Assembly: GCA_038245785.1 (NCBI GenBank)
Contig: JBBRSB010000001.1
Coordinates: 1 to 64,000, forward strand
Origin: Gloeobacterales cyanobacterium
GTDB taxonomy: Bacteria > Cyanobacteriota > Cyanobacteriia > Gloeobacterales > PMM-0068
Reading direction: 5' to 3'
DNA: 64,000 nucleotides
In this document: positions 1 to 8,950 of the stretch, piece by piece
Numbering within the stretch: position 1 is the stretch's first letter
How the letters are laid out: each line of letters opens with the position of its first letter
Notes under the pieces: model-generated
The model's input: only the letters and a program-made list of their open reading frames with translations
Told to the model about the DNA's origin: nothing
Database searches by the model: none
Translations under genes and position numbers: made by a program

Positions 1-788
1 ACTAAAAACCCAAGTATTCAGTCGGGGCACAATCCACCAATAGGTCTCTCCCGACTGAGGATGGACAAAGCCTGCTAACCATAACCATTTAAATTGCCAG
101 TTCACCTGGGCGACGGGTTGTTCTCCTCGCGGGACCCACACCATCCGGTTGACGGGCTGTAGGCCTAGGCGATGCTCATCTTCACACCAAACTTCAACAC
201 TCGCCTTAGGATGCTCTTGCTGAATCTGCTCTACGGTCTGCGCCAGTTTTTTTTCCAGGCCTCTTGTTCCATTGGGTCGCTCTCTTCGTGCGCAGGACGC
301 GGGCGACGCCGACGCATCTCAAGCGCCCTTAAGTACTCCCACCCCCGCTGCGGTCCCACGGTGCGTCCCAACAACTCACTCATCCAGGCGGCCACCTTCG
401 GCCCCGTCCACAGTCCCCCATCGGCAGGTGGTTCTTGCAAAGCTTGCCAGAGCAGGGCCTGTTGCACATCATTGAGCAGGGTTTTAGCTCCTCGGTTATG
501 GTGGCGTTTATCGCCCAGGGACTCCAGGCCCAAGCGGTTATAGCCCCACACCAACTCATAAATCCAACTGCGGCTGTAGCCAGTAATCGTGGCTACTTCT
601 TCGGTGGGTTTACCAGAGGCCAGCAGCCAGATAATTTGGAGGTGGCTGCGCTCTGCAGCGTCTTTAGCTTCACGATAACGGGTGTAGAGTTGCTCAAGGC
701 TCAAGTGGGGTTGGATAGTGATGCGTTTGGCCATAGCTCACTTACCTCTAGCTGTTCTTATCCCTCTATTCTAAGTTATGGTTATATA
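1..788 (-). mobile_element. IS630-family insertion sequence; runs off the window start, and its end near 781-788 is approximate
   Basis: HTH ORF A (231-734) plus a second frame encoding ...VEVWCEDEHRLGLQPVNRMVWVPRGEQP..., the first acidic motif of IS630 DDE transposases. The frames are joined by an A8 run at 247-254. TATA at 785-788 fits TA targeting. Confidence 0.85.
231..734 (-). CDS. IS630 transposase ORF A (HTH domains), fused to the DDE ORF B (<1-250) by a probable -1 frameshift
   Basis: HLQIIWLL...EVATITGYSRSWIYELV and LWTGPKVAAWM winged-HTH motifs; ends WKKN at TGG AAA AAA AAC. Confidence 0.85.
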   Translation of the reverse strand: MAKRITIQPHLSLEQLYTRYREAKDAAERSHLQIIWLLASGKPTEEVATITGYSRSWIYELVWGYNRLGLESLGDKRHHNRGAKTLLNDVQQALLWQALQEPPADGGLWTGPKVAAWMSELLGRTVGPQRGWEYLRALEMRRRRPRPAHEESDPMEQEAWKKNWRRP

Positions 789-789
789 A

Positions 790-1299
790 CCTGAAGAGGC
801 TTATGTCGATCGCTATATCCGAGAGTGCATGTTTGGCGGCAAGTTTGGAGCTTTTGCAACGGAAGGATGTCATTTCTTCAATCCTATGCACCCTACCTAC
901 TTACGCATTGCTGCGATCGCTCGGGTTCGCAATCGTCAGTATAGTATCGGCAAAACCCTTCGTCGAGGACATCATTATCTGCGAGACACATCGTTTTGCG
1001 ATCGTCCTTTTGCTACTCCCTCAGCGGGTGAAGTAATTGCCTGGTCACAGGTTTTGTACACGACTGAAGTGTTAATGGCACTTAATACCCATGGTTTGGA
1101 AAACCGGGGTGCGTTTGTTACGGTAGACCGTTCTTTGCACCCGATGAATTCTACGATGAAGGTGTTATGCCGAAGTGGTTGGAGCGATGATCAATTGCTT
1201 CATCCGCCTCAAGCAGAAACATTATCCGTCCAGGAGTATCAGGGAAGGGCAGCAGTACGGGTTGATTTTTCCTCTTCTGGCATGGCGATCCTTTCCTAA
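790..1299 (+). pseudogene. 3' fragment of an alpha-amylase-family (GH13-like) gene
   Basis: Frame opens at 790 (PEEAYVDRYIRECMFGGKFGAF...IAWSQVL...EVLMALNTHG) right after a stop at the IS630 end. I recall this as the C-terminal part of bacterial alpha-amylase-family proteins. No catalytic N-terminal domain in the window. Confidence 0.55.
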
Positions 1300-1308
1300 T
1301 TCAAGGAC

Positions 1309-1380
1309 TCAGCCGACTCATCGGTTCGCGTGTTGGTAATTCATACACAGGAAGATTGGGCAATTGCACAGGTCTGCTAA
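1309..1380 (+). pseudogene. ackA: Acetate kinase C-terminal relic (23 codons)
   Basis: Manual translation SADSSVRVLVIHTQEDWAIAQVC* matches the acetate kinase C-terminal V-L-V-I-x-T-x-E-[ED]-x-x-I-A signature. No upstream gene body. Confidence 0.7.
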
Positions 1381-1560
1381 CGTGGGTAGAAGCCAAAGAA
1401 GCTATCTGCAAGGAGAACCACTCCTATAACCCATCGAAGTGCAAACGAAAACGGAAACTCTGGCGAGTCGAACCAGCAGAGGCAGTAATTGGCGACATAA
1501 GTTTTTTTGAACGGGGTGACATGGAATACAGCAGTTTAGCTATCTGGCATCAACACAACT

Positions 1561-2013
1561 TTAAAACTGGCACGGCTCATCTGATGGAGGATGTAATCCA
1601 GTTTTAATCCAAAAGCGTCTTGTTTCTCAGATGGAATCATTTTCTGGGTAGCGTAGATCATTCAAATCAAGACGAATGCAGGTTGCTCGACCAATCGGTG
1701 TAATTCCCTCAATGACAACACCTTGGTCTACCCAAACAAAATGCTCCTCCCATGTCTGTCGACGCGGATTGAAAATAGGAATGATTTCCTGAGTCTCTGG
1801 ATCGATACCAGCAACAAAGTTGTAACGCCTCTCATTGCAACGGCGACAGGCAAGCGCAAGATTATCAACTTCGTCGGAACCGCCCAGAGACCTCGGATTG
1901 ACATGATCAACGGTAAATCGATTGGCACTCAAACGTTCTGGAGAATGGCAATACTCACATACATATTTGGCTCGTTCTCGGATAACCTGCTTAGTTTCAT
2001 TACTAATCGGCAT
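1561..2013 (-). pseudogene. HNH endonuclease with a premature TGA at 1627-1629
   Basis: CEYCH, VDHVNPRSLGG and NLALACRRCN motifs; the frame continues past TGA as ETRRFWIKTGLHPPSDEPCQF* to 1561. Confidence 0.75.
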
Positions 2014-2242
2014 TTTGAGCAGCAAGCATCGCGTTGACATGAGTAAAAATGCGGTCTAACTCTCCGATTGCATCTAGTTCAGTGATTTCATCTGGAGTTA
2101 GCTGTTCAGCCTTTTTCCTCTCCAGAAGGCTCTCCATCCGAAGTTGGAGGGGTTCACTAAACTTGAATAAATTCCAGCTACCAACTTTTTCAAGCTGAAT
2201 TTCATGGATCAGTGAGGACGGCTTGTTGAGAGTTGTAACCAT
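2003..2242 (-). CDS. Small helical protein overlapping the HNH gene (possible antitoxin-like partner)
   Basis: MVTTLNKP...LQLRMESLLERKKAEQLTPDEITELDAI; 3' end overlaps the HNH start. Confidence 0.6.
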   Translation of the reverse strand: MVTTLNKPSSLIHEIQLEKVGSWNLFKFSEPLQLRMESLLERKKAEQLTPDEITELDAIGELDRIFTHVNAMLAAQNAD

Positions 2243-2463
2243 TTTTACCCCTGTTACACGGCTATCGAGAGACAATTACCTTTGTCTATAGCCAAATTAT
2301 AACTTTATTCCTAAATGGCAGAATAGTCATCTCACCAACAGCCCCGAACCACTATCTCAACAGAAACCTTTATAGATTTGGTGCCGGAGAAGCGATGGGA
2401 GATCTCGTTAAAGCATTTCCCTTGAAATTATTTTTTCCCCTTTATTTCTAATATTTCTAATTT

Positions 2464-2482
2464 GTTAACCAGCTATTAAACC
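2464..2482 (+). promoter_or_regulatory. Possible Pho box (SphR/PhoB) upstream of phoD
   Basis: GTTAACCA and ATTAAACC 11 bp apart, resembling the cyanobacterial PyTTAAPyPy(A/T) repeat. Confidence 0.35.
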
Positions 2483-2584
2483 TAAGTTTCAATAGACATA
2501 AGGTGTCATTAATTCTTCGATAATCTGCTTCTGCTACGGTACAAACTGAATCATTCAGAAACCTAAAGCACTATTGGGGGATAT

Positions 2585-4174
2585 ATGCCACATGACCGTC
2601 GGCGATTTTTAATTCAAGCTGCACTTACCTGTGGCAGTGTCCTTGCATCAGATTTAGCTTCTAAGCGAGTATGGGCGCAATCAAGTCCAGCGCTCATCAC
2701 CTCCGATAAAATGCGTCCGGCCATTCCCTATGGCGTTGCTAGTGGTGATGTTACAAAAGGGAACGCAGTCATTTGGAGTCGTAGCGATCGTCCCGCCCGC
2801 ATGATGGTCGAATACTCCCTCGACGAATCCTTTCGTCGAGCCAAGCGCATTGTGGGTCCGGCCGCCGTCGAAACCAGCGACTACACCGCCCGGATCAACC
2901 TCAAAGGTTTACCTGATGCCCGCCAAATTTTTTACCGCGTTAGCTTCCAAGATTTAAACGACGTTAATGTCTTTAGCGAACCTCTCGCTGGATCATTTCG
3001 CACCACTCCTAAAGCGGGTCAGGACGTTACCTTCGCATGGGGTGGCGACACAGCGGGTCAAGGCTGGGGTATCAACCCTGACTTTGGCGGCATGAAAATT
3101 TATGAAACCATGCGGCAACTGAAACCGGATTTCTTCATTCACTCCGGTGACAATATCTATGCCGATGGGATCATCCTCCCGGAAGTGACTTTGCCCGATG
3201 GCACGATTTGGCGCAATATTACCACCGAGGAAAAGTCGAAAGTTGCCGAAACACTGAAGGAATTCCGTGGCAACTACCTCTACAACTTGATGGATGAAAA
3301 CATTCAGCGCTTTAATGCTGATGTGCCTCAAATGGTGCAGTGGGATGACCACGAAACAACTAATAACTGGTATCCCAATGAAACGTTGACCAATGCTGGT
3401 AGCGATGCTCGTTATACGGTCAAGAGTGTCGCTTTGCTGGCAGCACGGGCACGCCAAGCGTTCTTAGAATACCAGCCGATTCGGATCAATGGTCGCGATC
3501 CAGAGCAAATTTATCGCTCGTTTAACTATGGTCCATCTTTAGATGTATTTATGCTGGATGAGCGCAGCTACCGGGCCGATAACTCGGCTAACCTGCAAAA
3601 GATGATGAGTGGGGAGACAGATTTCTTGGGCAATCGTCAACTTGCTTGGCTCAAGAAGGGCTTGCTGAATTCTAAGGCAACCTGGAAAGCGATTGCTAGC
3701 GACATGCCAATCGGCTTAGTCGTGAGCGATGGGCCAGGACAGTATGAGGCGATTGCTAATGCTAATGATGGCCCTGCGCTCGGGCGTGAACTCGAAATTG
3801 CTGATTTGCTGAAGTTTATCAAGGATAACAACATCCGCAACGTGGTGTGGTTTACAGCCGACGTGCACTACACCGCTGCTCACTACTATGACCCGAACGA
3901 AGCCCAATTTCAGGACTTCCTCCCCTTCTGGGAATTTGTTGGCGGGCCGTTACATGCCGGAACCTTTGGCCCGAATGCCCTCGACAAAACCTTTGGCCCC
4001 CAGGTTAAGTTTGTCAGTTCGCCCCCGGCGGGTTCGTCCAACTTACCGCCTAGTGCTGGTCTCCAGTTCTTTGGCTTGGTCAAAATCAATGGCGACAGCC
4101 AGGTGATGACGGTTTCGCATTACGATATCAACGGTAACGTGCTTCACCAAACTGAGTTGCAACCGGAAGTGTAA
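2585..4174 (+). CDS. phoD: Alkaline phosphatase D, Tat-exported
   Basis: RRRFL twin-arginine signal; GVASGD, HSGDNIYAD, WDDHE and TADVH motifs. Confidence 0.95.
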   Translation: MPHDRRRFLIQAALTCGSVLASDLASKRVWAQSSPALITSDKMRPAIPYGVASGDVTKGNAVIWSRSDRPARMMVEYSLDESFRRAKRIVGPAAVETSDYTARINLKGLPDARQIFYRVSFQDLNDVNVFSEPLAGSFRTTPKAGQDVTFAWGGDTAGQGWGINPDFGGMKIYETMRQLKPDFFIHSGDNIYADGIILPEVTLPDGTIWRNITTEEKSKVAETLKEFRGNYLYNLMDENIQRFNADVPQMVQWDDHETTNNWYPNETLTNAGSDARYTVKSVALLAARARQAFLEYQPIRINGRDPEQIYRSFNYGPSLDVFMLDERSYRADNSANLQKMMSGETDFLGNRQLAWLKKGLLNSKATWKAIASDMPIGLVVSDGPGQYEAIANANDGPALGRELEIADLLKFIKDNNIRNVVWFTADVHYTAAHYYDPNEAQFQDFLPFWEFVGGPLHAGTFGPNALDKTFGPQVKFVSSPPAGSSNLPPSAGLQFFGLVKINGDSQVMTVSHYDINGNVLHQTELQPEV

Positions 4175-4186
4175 AAATCGTGTACT

Positions 4187-4219
4187 AGCGGGTTGTTGGA
4201 GGATCTTCTACAACCTGCT
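4187..4219. terminator. Hairpin between convergent phoD and ppk1
   Basis: AGCGGGTTGTTGGAG-GAT-CTTCTACAACCTGCT forms a 15-bp imperfect stem. Confidence 0.55.
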
Positions 4220-4336
4220 TAGGCACCGTACACTATTAGTCACAATTACTTAGGCCTTTTTGATTAAGTAAAATGCTGCTTTAGGAAGCGTTTATCTTCT
4301 CGCATAACTCTATTGGACCTCATTAACGGAATCGAT

Positions 4337-6490
4337 CTAAATATTTCGACCGGATTTTGAGTAACGATCCATTAGAAGGTTGTGGGTGCTGTATTCTGGC
4401 TCGTTTTGACCTGGTTGACGCCTTATGTAGGAACCATTCGATTGAAGGTCCCATGCCTGACGGTTATCCTGCAGCAAAGTGTCAAGAATTTCTTTCAATG
4501 CTTTGGCACAAACTGGCTCTTCGACAGGTATAACCGCTTCTACCCGACGATCGAGGTTACGCTCCATCCAGTCTGCACTACCGATGAACACTTCTTCCTG
4601 CCCATTGTTGTGGAAATGGAAGATGCGGGAGTGTTCCAGGTAACGTCCCACGACGCTGATGACGCGAATGTTTTCACTCACCCCTGGAATTCTAGGAAGC
4701 AGGCAACACATTCCTCGAATAATCAAATCAATTTCTACCCCCGCCTGGGATGCTTGATAAAGATTTTTGATGATATCAGTGTCAATCAGGGCGTTCATTT
4801 TGGCAATGATGCGACCAGGTTTTCCGTCTTTACAGTGTTCGATTTCGCGATGGATAAGAGACACCATGCGCTCACGCAAGGTGAAGGGAGCCACTATCAA
4901 CTTTCGGAAAGATTTTTGTTTGGAGAAGCCTGTCAGGTAATTGAATAGATCCGTCAGGTCAGCTCCCAGTTCTTCTCGACAACTGAGCAATCCTAAGTCG
5001 GTATAAATTCTGGCGGTTTTGGCGTTGTAATTACCCGTACCAATATGAACATAGCGGCGAATGTCATCCCCCTCCTGCCTGACAACCAGCAACACTTTAG
5101 TGTGCGTCTTCAGCCCCATTACACCGTAGACAACATGCACCCCTGCTTCTTCTAAGGCTCGTGCCCAGTTAATATTACTGGCTTCATCAAATCGGGCTTT
5201 GATTTCCACTAGAGCAACAACCTGCTTGCCATTTTGGGCAGCGTCAATCAATGCCTTGACAATAGGAGAGTCGCTAGAAGTTCGGTAGAGCGTCATTTTA
5301 ATTGCTTGTACATCCGAATCGTGCGCAGCATAGGCAATGAAATGTTCAACAGATGTCGTGAACGACTCATAGGGATGATGCACCAGTAAATCACTCTGGC
5401 GAATCACATGGAAAATATCTTCTCCTGCCTCCTGATCGACCGGCATTTCGCTTAAATGCCGCAATCGTTTGGGCGTAACTGGAGTCCAGGGCTTGTCTTT
5501 TAGATGGGGTAGGGGCAAGGACATGAAGGACATCAAATCTCGCATTCCCAGCCACCCCTGAGTCACATAGAGGTCATTGGGATCTATGTCCATCCCTTTG
5601 ATCAAGGTTTGCTTAACAGACTCTGACATGATTGGGCTAAATTGAAATCGCACAACCGAACCCCCAAAGCGGCGTTTAGTGAGTTCCTGCGCAATTGCCT
5701 GCGCTAAATCATCCGCTTCTTCCTCTTGCACCGCTAGATCCGCGTCACGAGTGACCCGGAAGAGGTGGTGCTCCTGAATAATCATCCCAGGGAAGAGCGC
5801 ATCAAGATTGTCTGCAATCACCTGCTCTAACGAAACACCCGCCCACGTAGCAGGGCGATCGCTGTGAGGATGAATTTCAGACGGCAACGGCACAAAACGG
5901 GGGAGGCTGTCTGGCACTTTCACTCTGGCAAACTTTGCTTCTTCTGTTTCTGGGTCCCTTAGCACAATGGCTAGATTTAGACTCAGGTTTGACATGACTG
6001 GAAAAGGATGAGAAGGATCGACCGCCAGAGGGGTGAGAATCGGAAATATCCGATCCTCAAAATATTGCTTCAAATACTGGCGCTGCGCTTGATTAAGCTC
6101 TGCAGATTTCAATACATGCACCCCCTCAGCTGCTAGCTGTGGAAGCAGTTCAGTTTCTAACAGCTTCTGCAGCTGAGCCAACATGACATTAAGACGCTGG
6201 CTAATTTGATCCAGTTGCTGCTGCGGTGTTCGTCCATCAGGAGTCAAAGTCGTTACCTGTGCTTCCACCTGTCTTTGCAGACTGGCAACTCGCACCATGA
6301 AAAACTCATCAAGGTTAGAGCTAAAGATAGCAGCAAATTTTAGCCGTTCAAGTAAGGGATTGCGTGGATCGATTGCTTCATCTAACACCCGAAAATTGAA
6401 CTCCAACCAACTAAGTTCACGGTTGAAATAATATCGTGGATCATTCAAATCAATAACCATGACCATGTCAGCTTTCTTATTTTTAGACAT
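4337..6490 (-). CDS. ppk1: Polyphosphate kinase 1
   Basis: NRELSWLEFN, FSSNLDEFFMVRV, HHPYESF, KTHTK and GSADWMERNLDRRVE. Confidence 0.97.
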   Translation of the reverse strand: MSKNKKADMVMVIDLNDPRYYFNRELSWLEFNFRVLDEAIDPRNPLLERLKFAAIFSSNLDEFFMVRVASLQRQVEAQVTTLTPDGRTPQQQLDQISQRLNVMLAQLQKLLETELLPQLAAEGVHVLKSAELNQAQRQYLKQYFEDRIFPILTPLAVDPSHPFPVMSNLSLNLAIVLRDPETEEAKFARVKVPDSLPRFVPLPSEIHPHSDRPATWAGVSLEQVIADNLDALFPGMIIQEHHLFRVTRDADLAVQEEEADDLAQAIAQELTKRRFGGSVVRFQFSPIMSESVKQTLIKGMDIDPNDLYVTQGWLGMRDLMSFMSLPLPHLKDKPWTPVTPKRLRHLSEMPVDQEAGEDIFHVIRQSDLLVHHPYESFTTSVEHFIAYAAHDSDVQAIKMTLYRTSSDSPIVKALIDAAQNGKQVVALVEIKARFDEASNINWARALEEAGVHVVYGVMGLKTHTKVLLVVRQEGDDIRRYVHIGTGNYNAKTARIYTDLGLLSCREELGADLTDLFNYLTGFSKQKSFRKLIVAPFTLRERMVSLIHREIEHCKDGKPGRIIAKMNALIDTDIIKNLYQASQAGVEIDLIIRGMCCLLPRIPGVSENIRVISVVGRYLEHSRIFHFHNNGQEEVFIGSADWMERNLDRRVEAVIPVEEPVCAKALKEILDTLLQDNRQAWDLQSNGSYIRRQPGQNEPEYSTHNLLMDRYSKSGRNI

Positions 6491-6707
6491 TACAGTTACG
6501 AAGAAATGAGTGTACTTGACAGTCTCAAAATAGCCTACTTAGCTAGAGTTAAGGAATAATTAAAAAGGTAATCCGTGCCTGAAAAAGTACATTTATAGTT
6601 CAGTAAGTCTTATCTGACAAAGCCTAGGTGAACTGAATGCAGGCAGAGGATTTGTGAGCTTTGCTATATTTACCCCTATCCAGTTCATTACGCACCCAAG
6701 ACTGAAT

Positions 6708-7217
6708 ATGATTGATGCCCCTGACAAGTTGATTGTGCGCCCAGCCACCTCGGCTGATGTGCCTACCGTATTTCGCCTGATTGAGGCACTAGCCGCCTAT
6801 GAGAAACTGTCCCACGCTGTCACAGGGAATATAGCGTCCTTAGAGGAACATTTGTTCGGTCCTCGACCTTGTGTAGAAGCATTGTTGGCAGAATTGGATG
6901 GTCAAGCGGCAGGCTTTGCCCTCTTCTTCCAGAGCTATTCGACCTTCTTAACCAAGCCCGGAATCTATTTGGAAGATTTATTCGTTTTGCCAGAATATCG
7001 AGGCCAAGGCATCGGCAAGGCCCTGATTACCCATGTCGCCACCTTAGCCGTTGACAGAGGATGTGGGCGGTTTGAATGGAGCGTTCTGGACTGGAATGAA
7101 TCGGCCATTGGCTTCTACGAGAAGATAGGCGCGACCGTACTGCCTAACTGGCGGATCTGTCGGGTTACAGGGGAGGCCCTAGATGCGCTAGTGTCCCCTG
7201 TTGACGTTGTGACTTAG
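6708..7217 (+). CDS. GNAT N-acetyltransferase (diamine/spermidine acetyltransferase-like)
   Basis: YLEDLFVLPEYRGQGIGKAL and WSVLDWNESAIGFY; ATG at 6708 preferred. Confidence 0.9.
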   Translation: MIDAPDKLIVRPATSADVPTVFRLIEALAAYEKLSHAVTGNIASLEEHLFGPRPCVEALLAELDGQAAGFALFFQSYSTFLTKPGIYLEDLFVLPEYRGQGIGKALITHVATLAVDRGCGRFEWSVLDWNESAIGFYEKIGATVLPNWRICRVTGEALDALVSPVDVVT

Positions 7218-7318
7218 GGTGTTACGCTAGCCGTTGCTGTCTGAGCAGATGATTTCTAATGACTCAGCAGTCGTTTCATAAGGACTAGATCTTCTATCTA
7301 AAAATATTCCAAGTTTTC

Positions 7319-8026
7319 TCAAAGGGAAGTATGCCAATTTGCGACGGAGCAATCACGTGAATCTATCTTGCGGTTTTGTTGAAGCCACGGACGAGCTATA
7401 TTCGTTTCCAGTAATTCAAATGTTGTTATAATTGCTTGTATTAATTCTTTCCAGCGTTTCGAAACGGTCCCTTGCGAGATATTCAGTTCACTGGCGATTT
7501 GAGTTTGGCGTTTACCCAGAATTTTTGCTTCCAGTAGTTTGAGATATCCCCGTTTCGGATACTGGGCATCTAAAGTTTGAATAGAAATGTTAACCTTGTT
7601 GAGCAATTCTGCCTGTTCAATCGCTTCCCACACATTAGATTGGTCTGCGATCGTATCTAGAAGCGGGGTATTAGAACCGGAAAGCATACCATCTAGGCTT
7701 GTAGATTGCCGTGCTTTCTCTCGACGATTCAGATCGACAATGGTGCAGTGAGCAATCGTGGCAGACCATCGGTAAAATTCTGCTACACCTCCACGCTGAA
7801 ACTTATTAGACTGAATCGCCAGCAAGATCTTTTCATAAGCAGCTTGAGCAGCATCTTCCCAGGCAAGCGGAGTTCCTCTGGTTTGCTTACGGGCAATTTT
7901 CTCAATGATGCGGCGATAGTCTGAGGATTGGAGCAAGCGACTAAAGAGACAATAGGTTGAGTCGAGTGATTGCGGTAACGCAGCCAATGATTCTACTACC
8001 TTGAAATATTCTTTCTTTGAAGTCAT
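7319..8026 (-). CDS. ECF-like sigma-70 family sigma factor, divergent from the lanthipeptide cluster
   Basis: Region 2-like WEDAAQ...FYRWSATIAHCTIVDLNRR and region 4 HTH QTQIASELNISQGTVSKRW. GGAG RBS before ATG 8026; alternative start 8089. Confidence 0.75.
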   Translation of the reverse strand: MTSKKEYFKVVESLAALPQSLDSTYCLFSRLLQSSDYRRIIEKIARKQTRGTPLAWEDAAQAAYEKILLAIQSNKFQRGGVAEFYRWSATIAHCTIVDLNRREKARQSTSLDGMLSGSNTPLLDTIADQSNVWEAIEQAELLNKVNISIQTLDAQYPKRGYLKLLEAKILGKRQTQIASELNISQGTVSKRWKELIQAIITTFELLETNIARPWLQQNRKIDSRDCSVANWHTSL

Positions 8027-8477
8027 AAAAATCTCCAGAAGAAAATTATGAGAACTACCGATCTGAGCTAGGCGGCTAAAAATTTCCATTCAAAATCCGA
8101 ACAGCAAAAAAGCAATTTTTTAGCTAATACCTTAATTAGCTTTTGCTAACAAAGAGACCAGGTAACTGAAGATCTACATTGAGTCAAGAGCACTTGAAGA
8201 ATAAGGAGGGTGAAACACAATTGAGAAATAAATTATCTATCAATTTGCTTGGTTCTCTACTCAGTTCAATGTAGCAAGCTGCGAAGCTAGTGATATAGAT
8301 AATAAGAGCTTGAGCATTAGGTTTCAAGGGATAATCTTTCGATTCAATGATCTCTTCTTTCGGTTTTATTCTCAAGAATTGAGTTGCCTGCATAAGTATT
8401 TTTCGTCTGATCCGGCAACCCACCAAGGCTTTAGGGCAACGATAGATTAACTCTGATACCAAAACAATGTCTTCTAT

Positions 8478-8588
8478 ACTACAACTGATTCAATCCAGGA
8501 ATGGTGTCTTAAGTTTGCTCAAAGCTAGGCTCACCAGATCCGCCGTCGCTCCAAACCAGTACATACGTGGCACCTCGATGGAGTCGTT
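8478..8588 (+). mobile_element. IS6-family transposase relic
   Basis: Manual translation ...TDSIQEWCLKFAQS*AHQIRRRSKPVHTWHLDGVV resembles the IS6 segment TIRxWxxKFG...RRR....WHLDEV; internal stop. Confidence 0.7.
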
Positions 8589-8589
8589 T

Positions 8590-8617
8590 GGAATATTTTC
8601 ATTTGCATTTTCGATAT
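8590..8617 (+). promoter_or_regulatory. Repeated ECF-type promoter candidate, copy 1 (upstream of lanA1/lanA2)
   Basis: GGAATA-N16-CGATAT, identical boxes and spacing in three copies. Confidence 0.65.
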
Positions 8618-8688
8618 GAGATTTATAGGGGGCAGCCAAGAGAGAAACCTGTCAGCCCCAAAGTGTCGGAAACCAGAGGAGAGAAACA

Positions 8689-8913
8689 ATGTCACAGGAA
8701 AATATCATTCGGGCTTGGAAAGATGAAAGCTATCGGAAACAACTAAGCGAACAAGAGCTGGCACAACTCCCAGAGCATCCGGCAGGATTGGTTGAGTTAG
8801 GCGATTCAGAACTTGATGCGGCTGTAGGTGGCATTGGTCCATTTACGCGCATTCCTTGTTCTGCAGTTGATGCCTGCCCTTCGGCTTTAGAATGCACGAG
8901 AGCTTGTGATTGA
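8689..8913 (+). CDS. lanA: Class II lanthipeptide precursor A1 (mersacidin/lichenicidin-type leader); core IGPFTRIPCSAVDACPSALECTRACD
   Basis: IIRAWKD...LPEHPAG...ELDAAVGG leader; core with 4 Cys and 4 Ser/Thr; GAGGAG RBS. Confidence 0.92.
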   Translation: MSQENIIRAWKDESYRKQLSEQELAQLPEHPAGLVELGDSELDAAVGGIGPFTRIPCSAVDACPSALECTRACD

Positions 8914-8950
8914 GTTTGGAATTAAAACGAATGAAATCAAGGAGAAAAAG

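Noticed and set aside
1356..1607. 83-aa plus-strand ORF
   Set aside because: It overlaps the ackA relic in another frame and the HNH tail on the opposite strand; no motifs.
8184..8462. 92-aa minus-strand ORF as a possible anti-sigma factor
   Set aside because: No recognisable motif or RBS, a non-ATG start, and AT-rich intergenic context; unsupported.
8906..8950. N-terminal extension of precursor A2 in the ORF track
   Set aside because: The RBS and alignment with the other leaders place the start at 8951.
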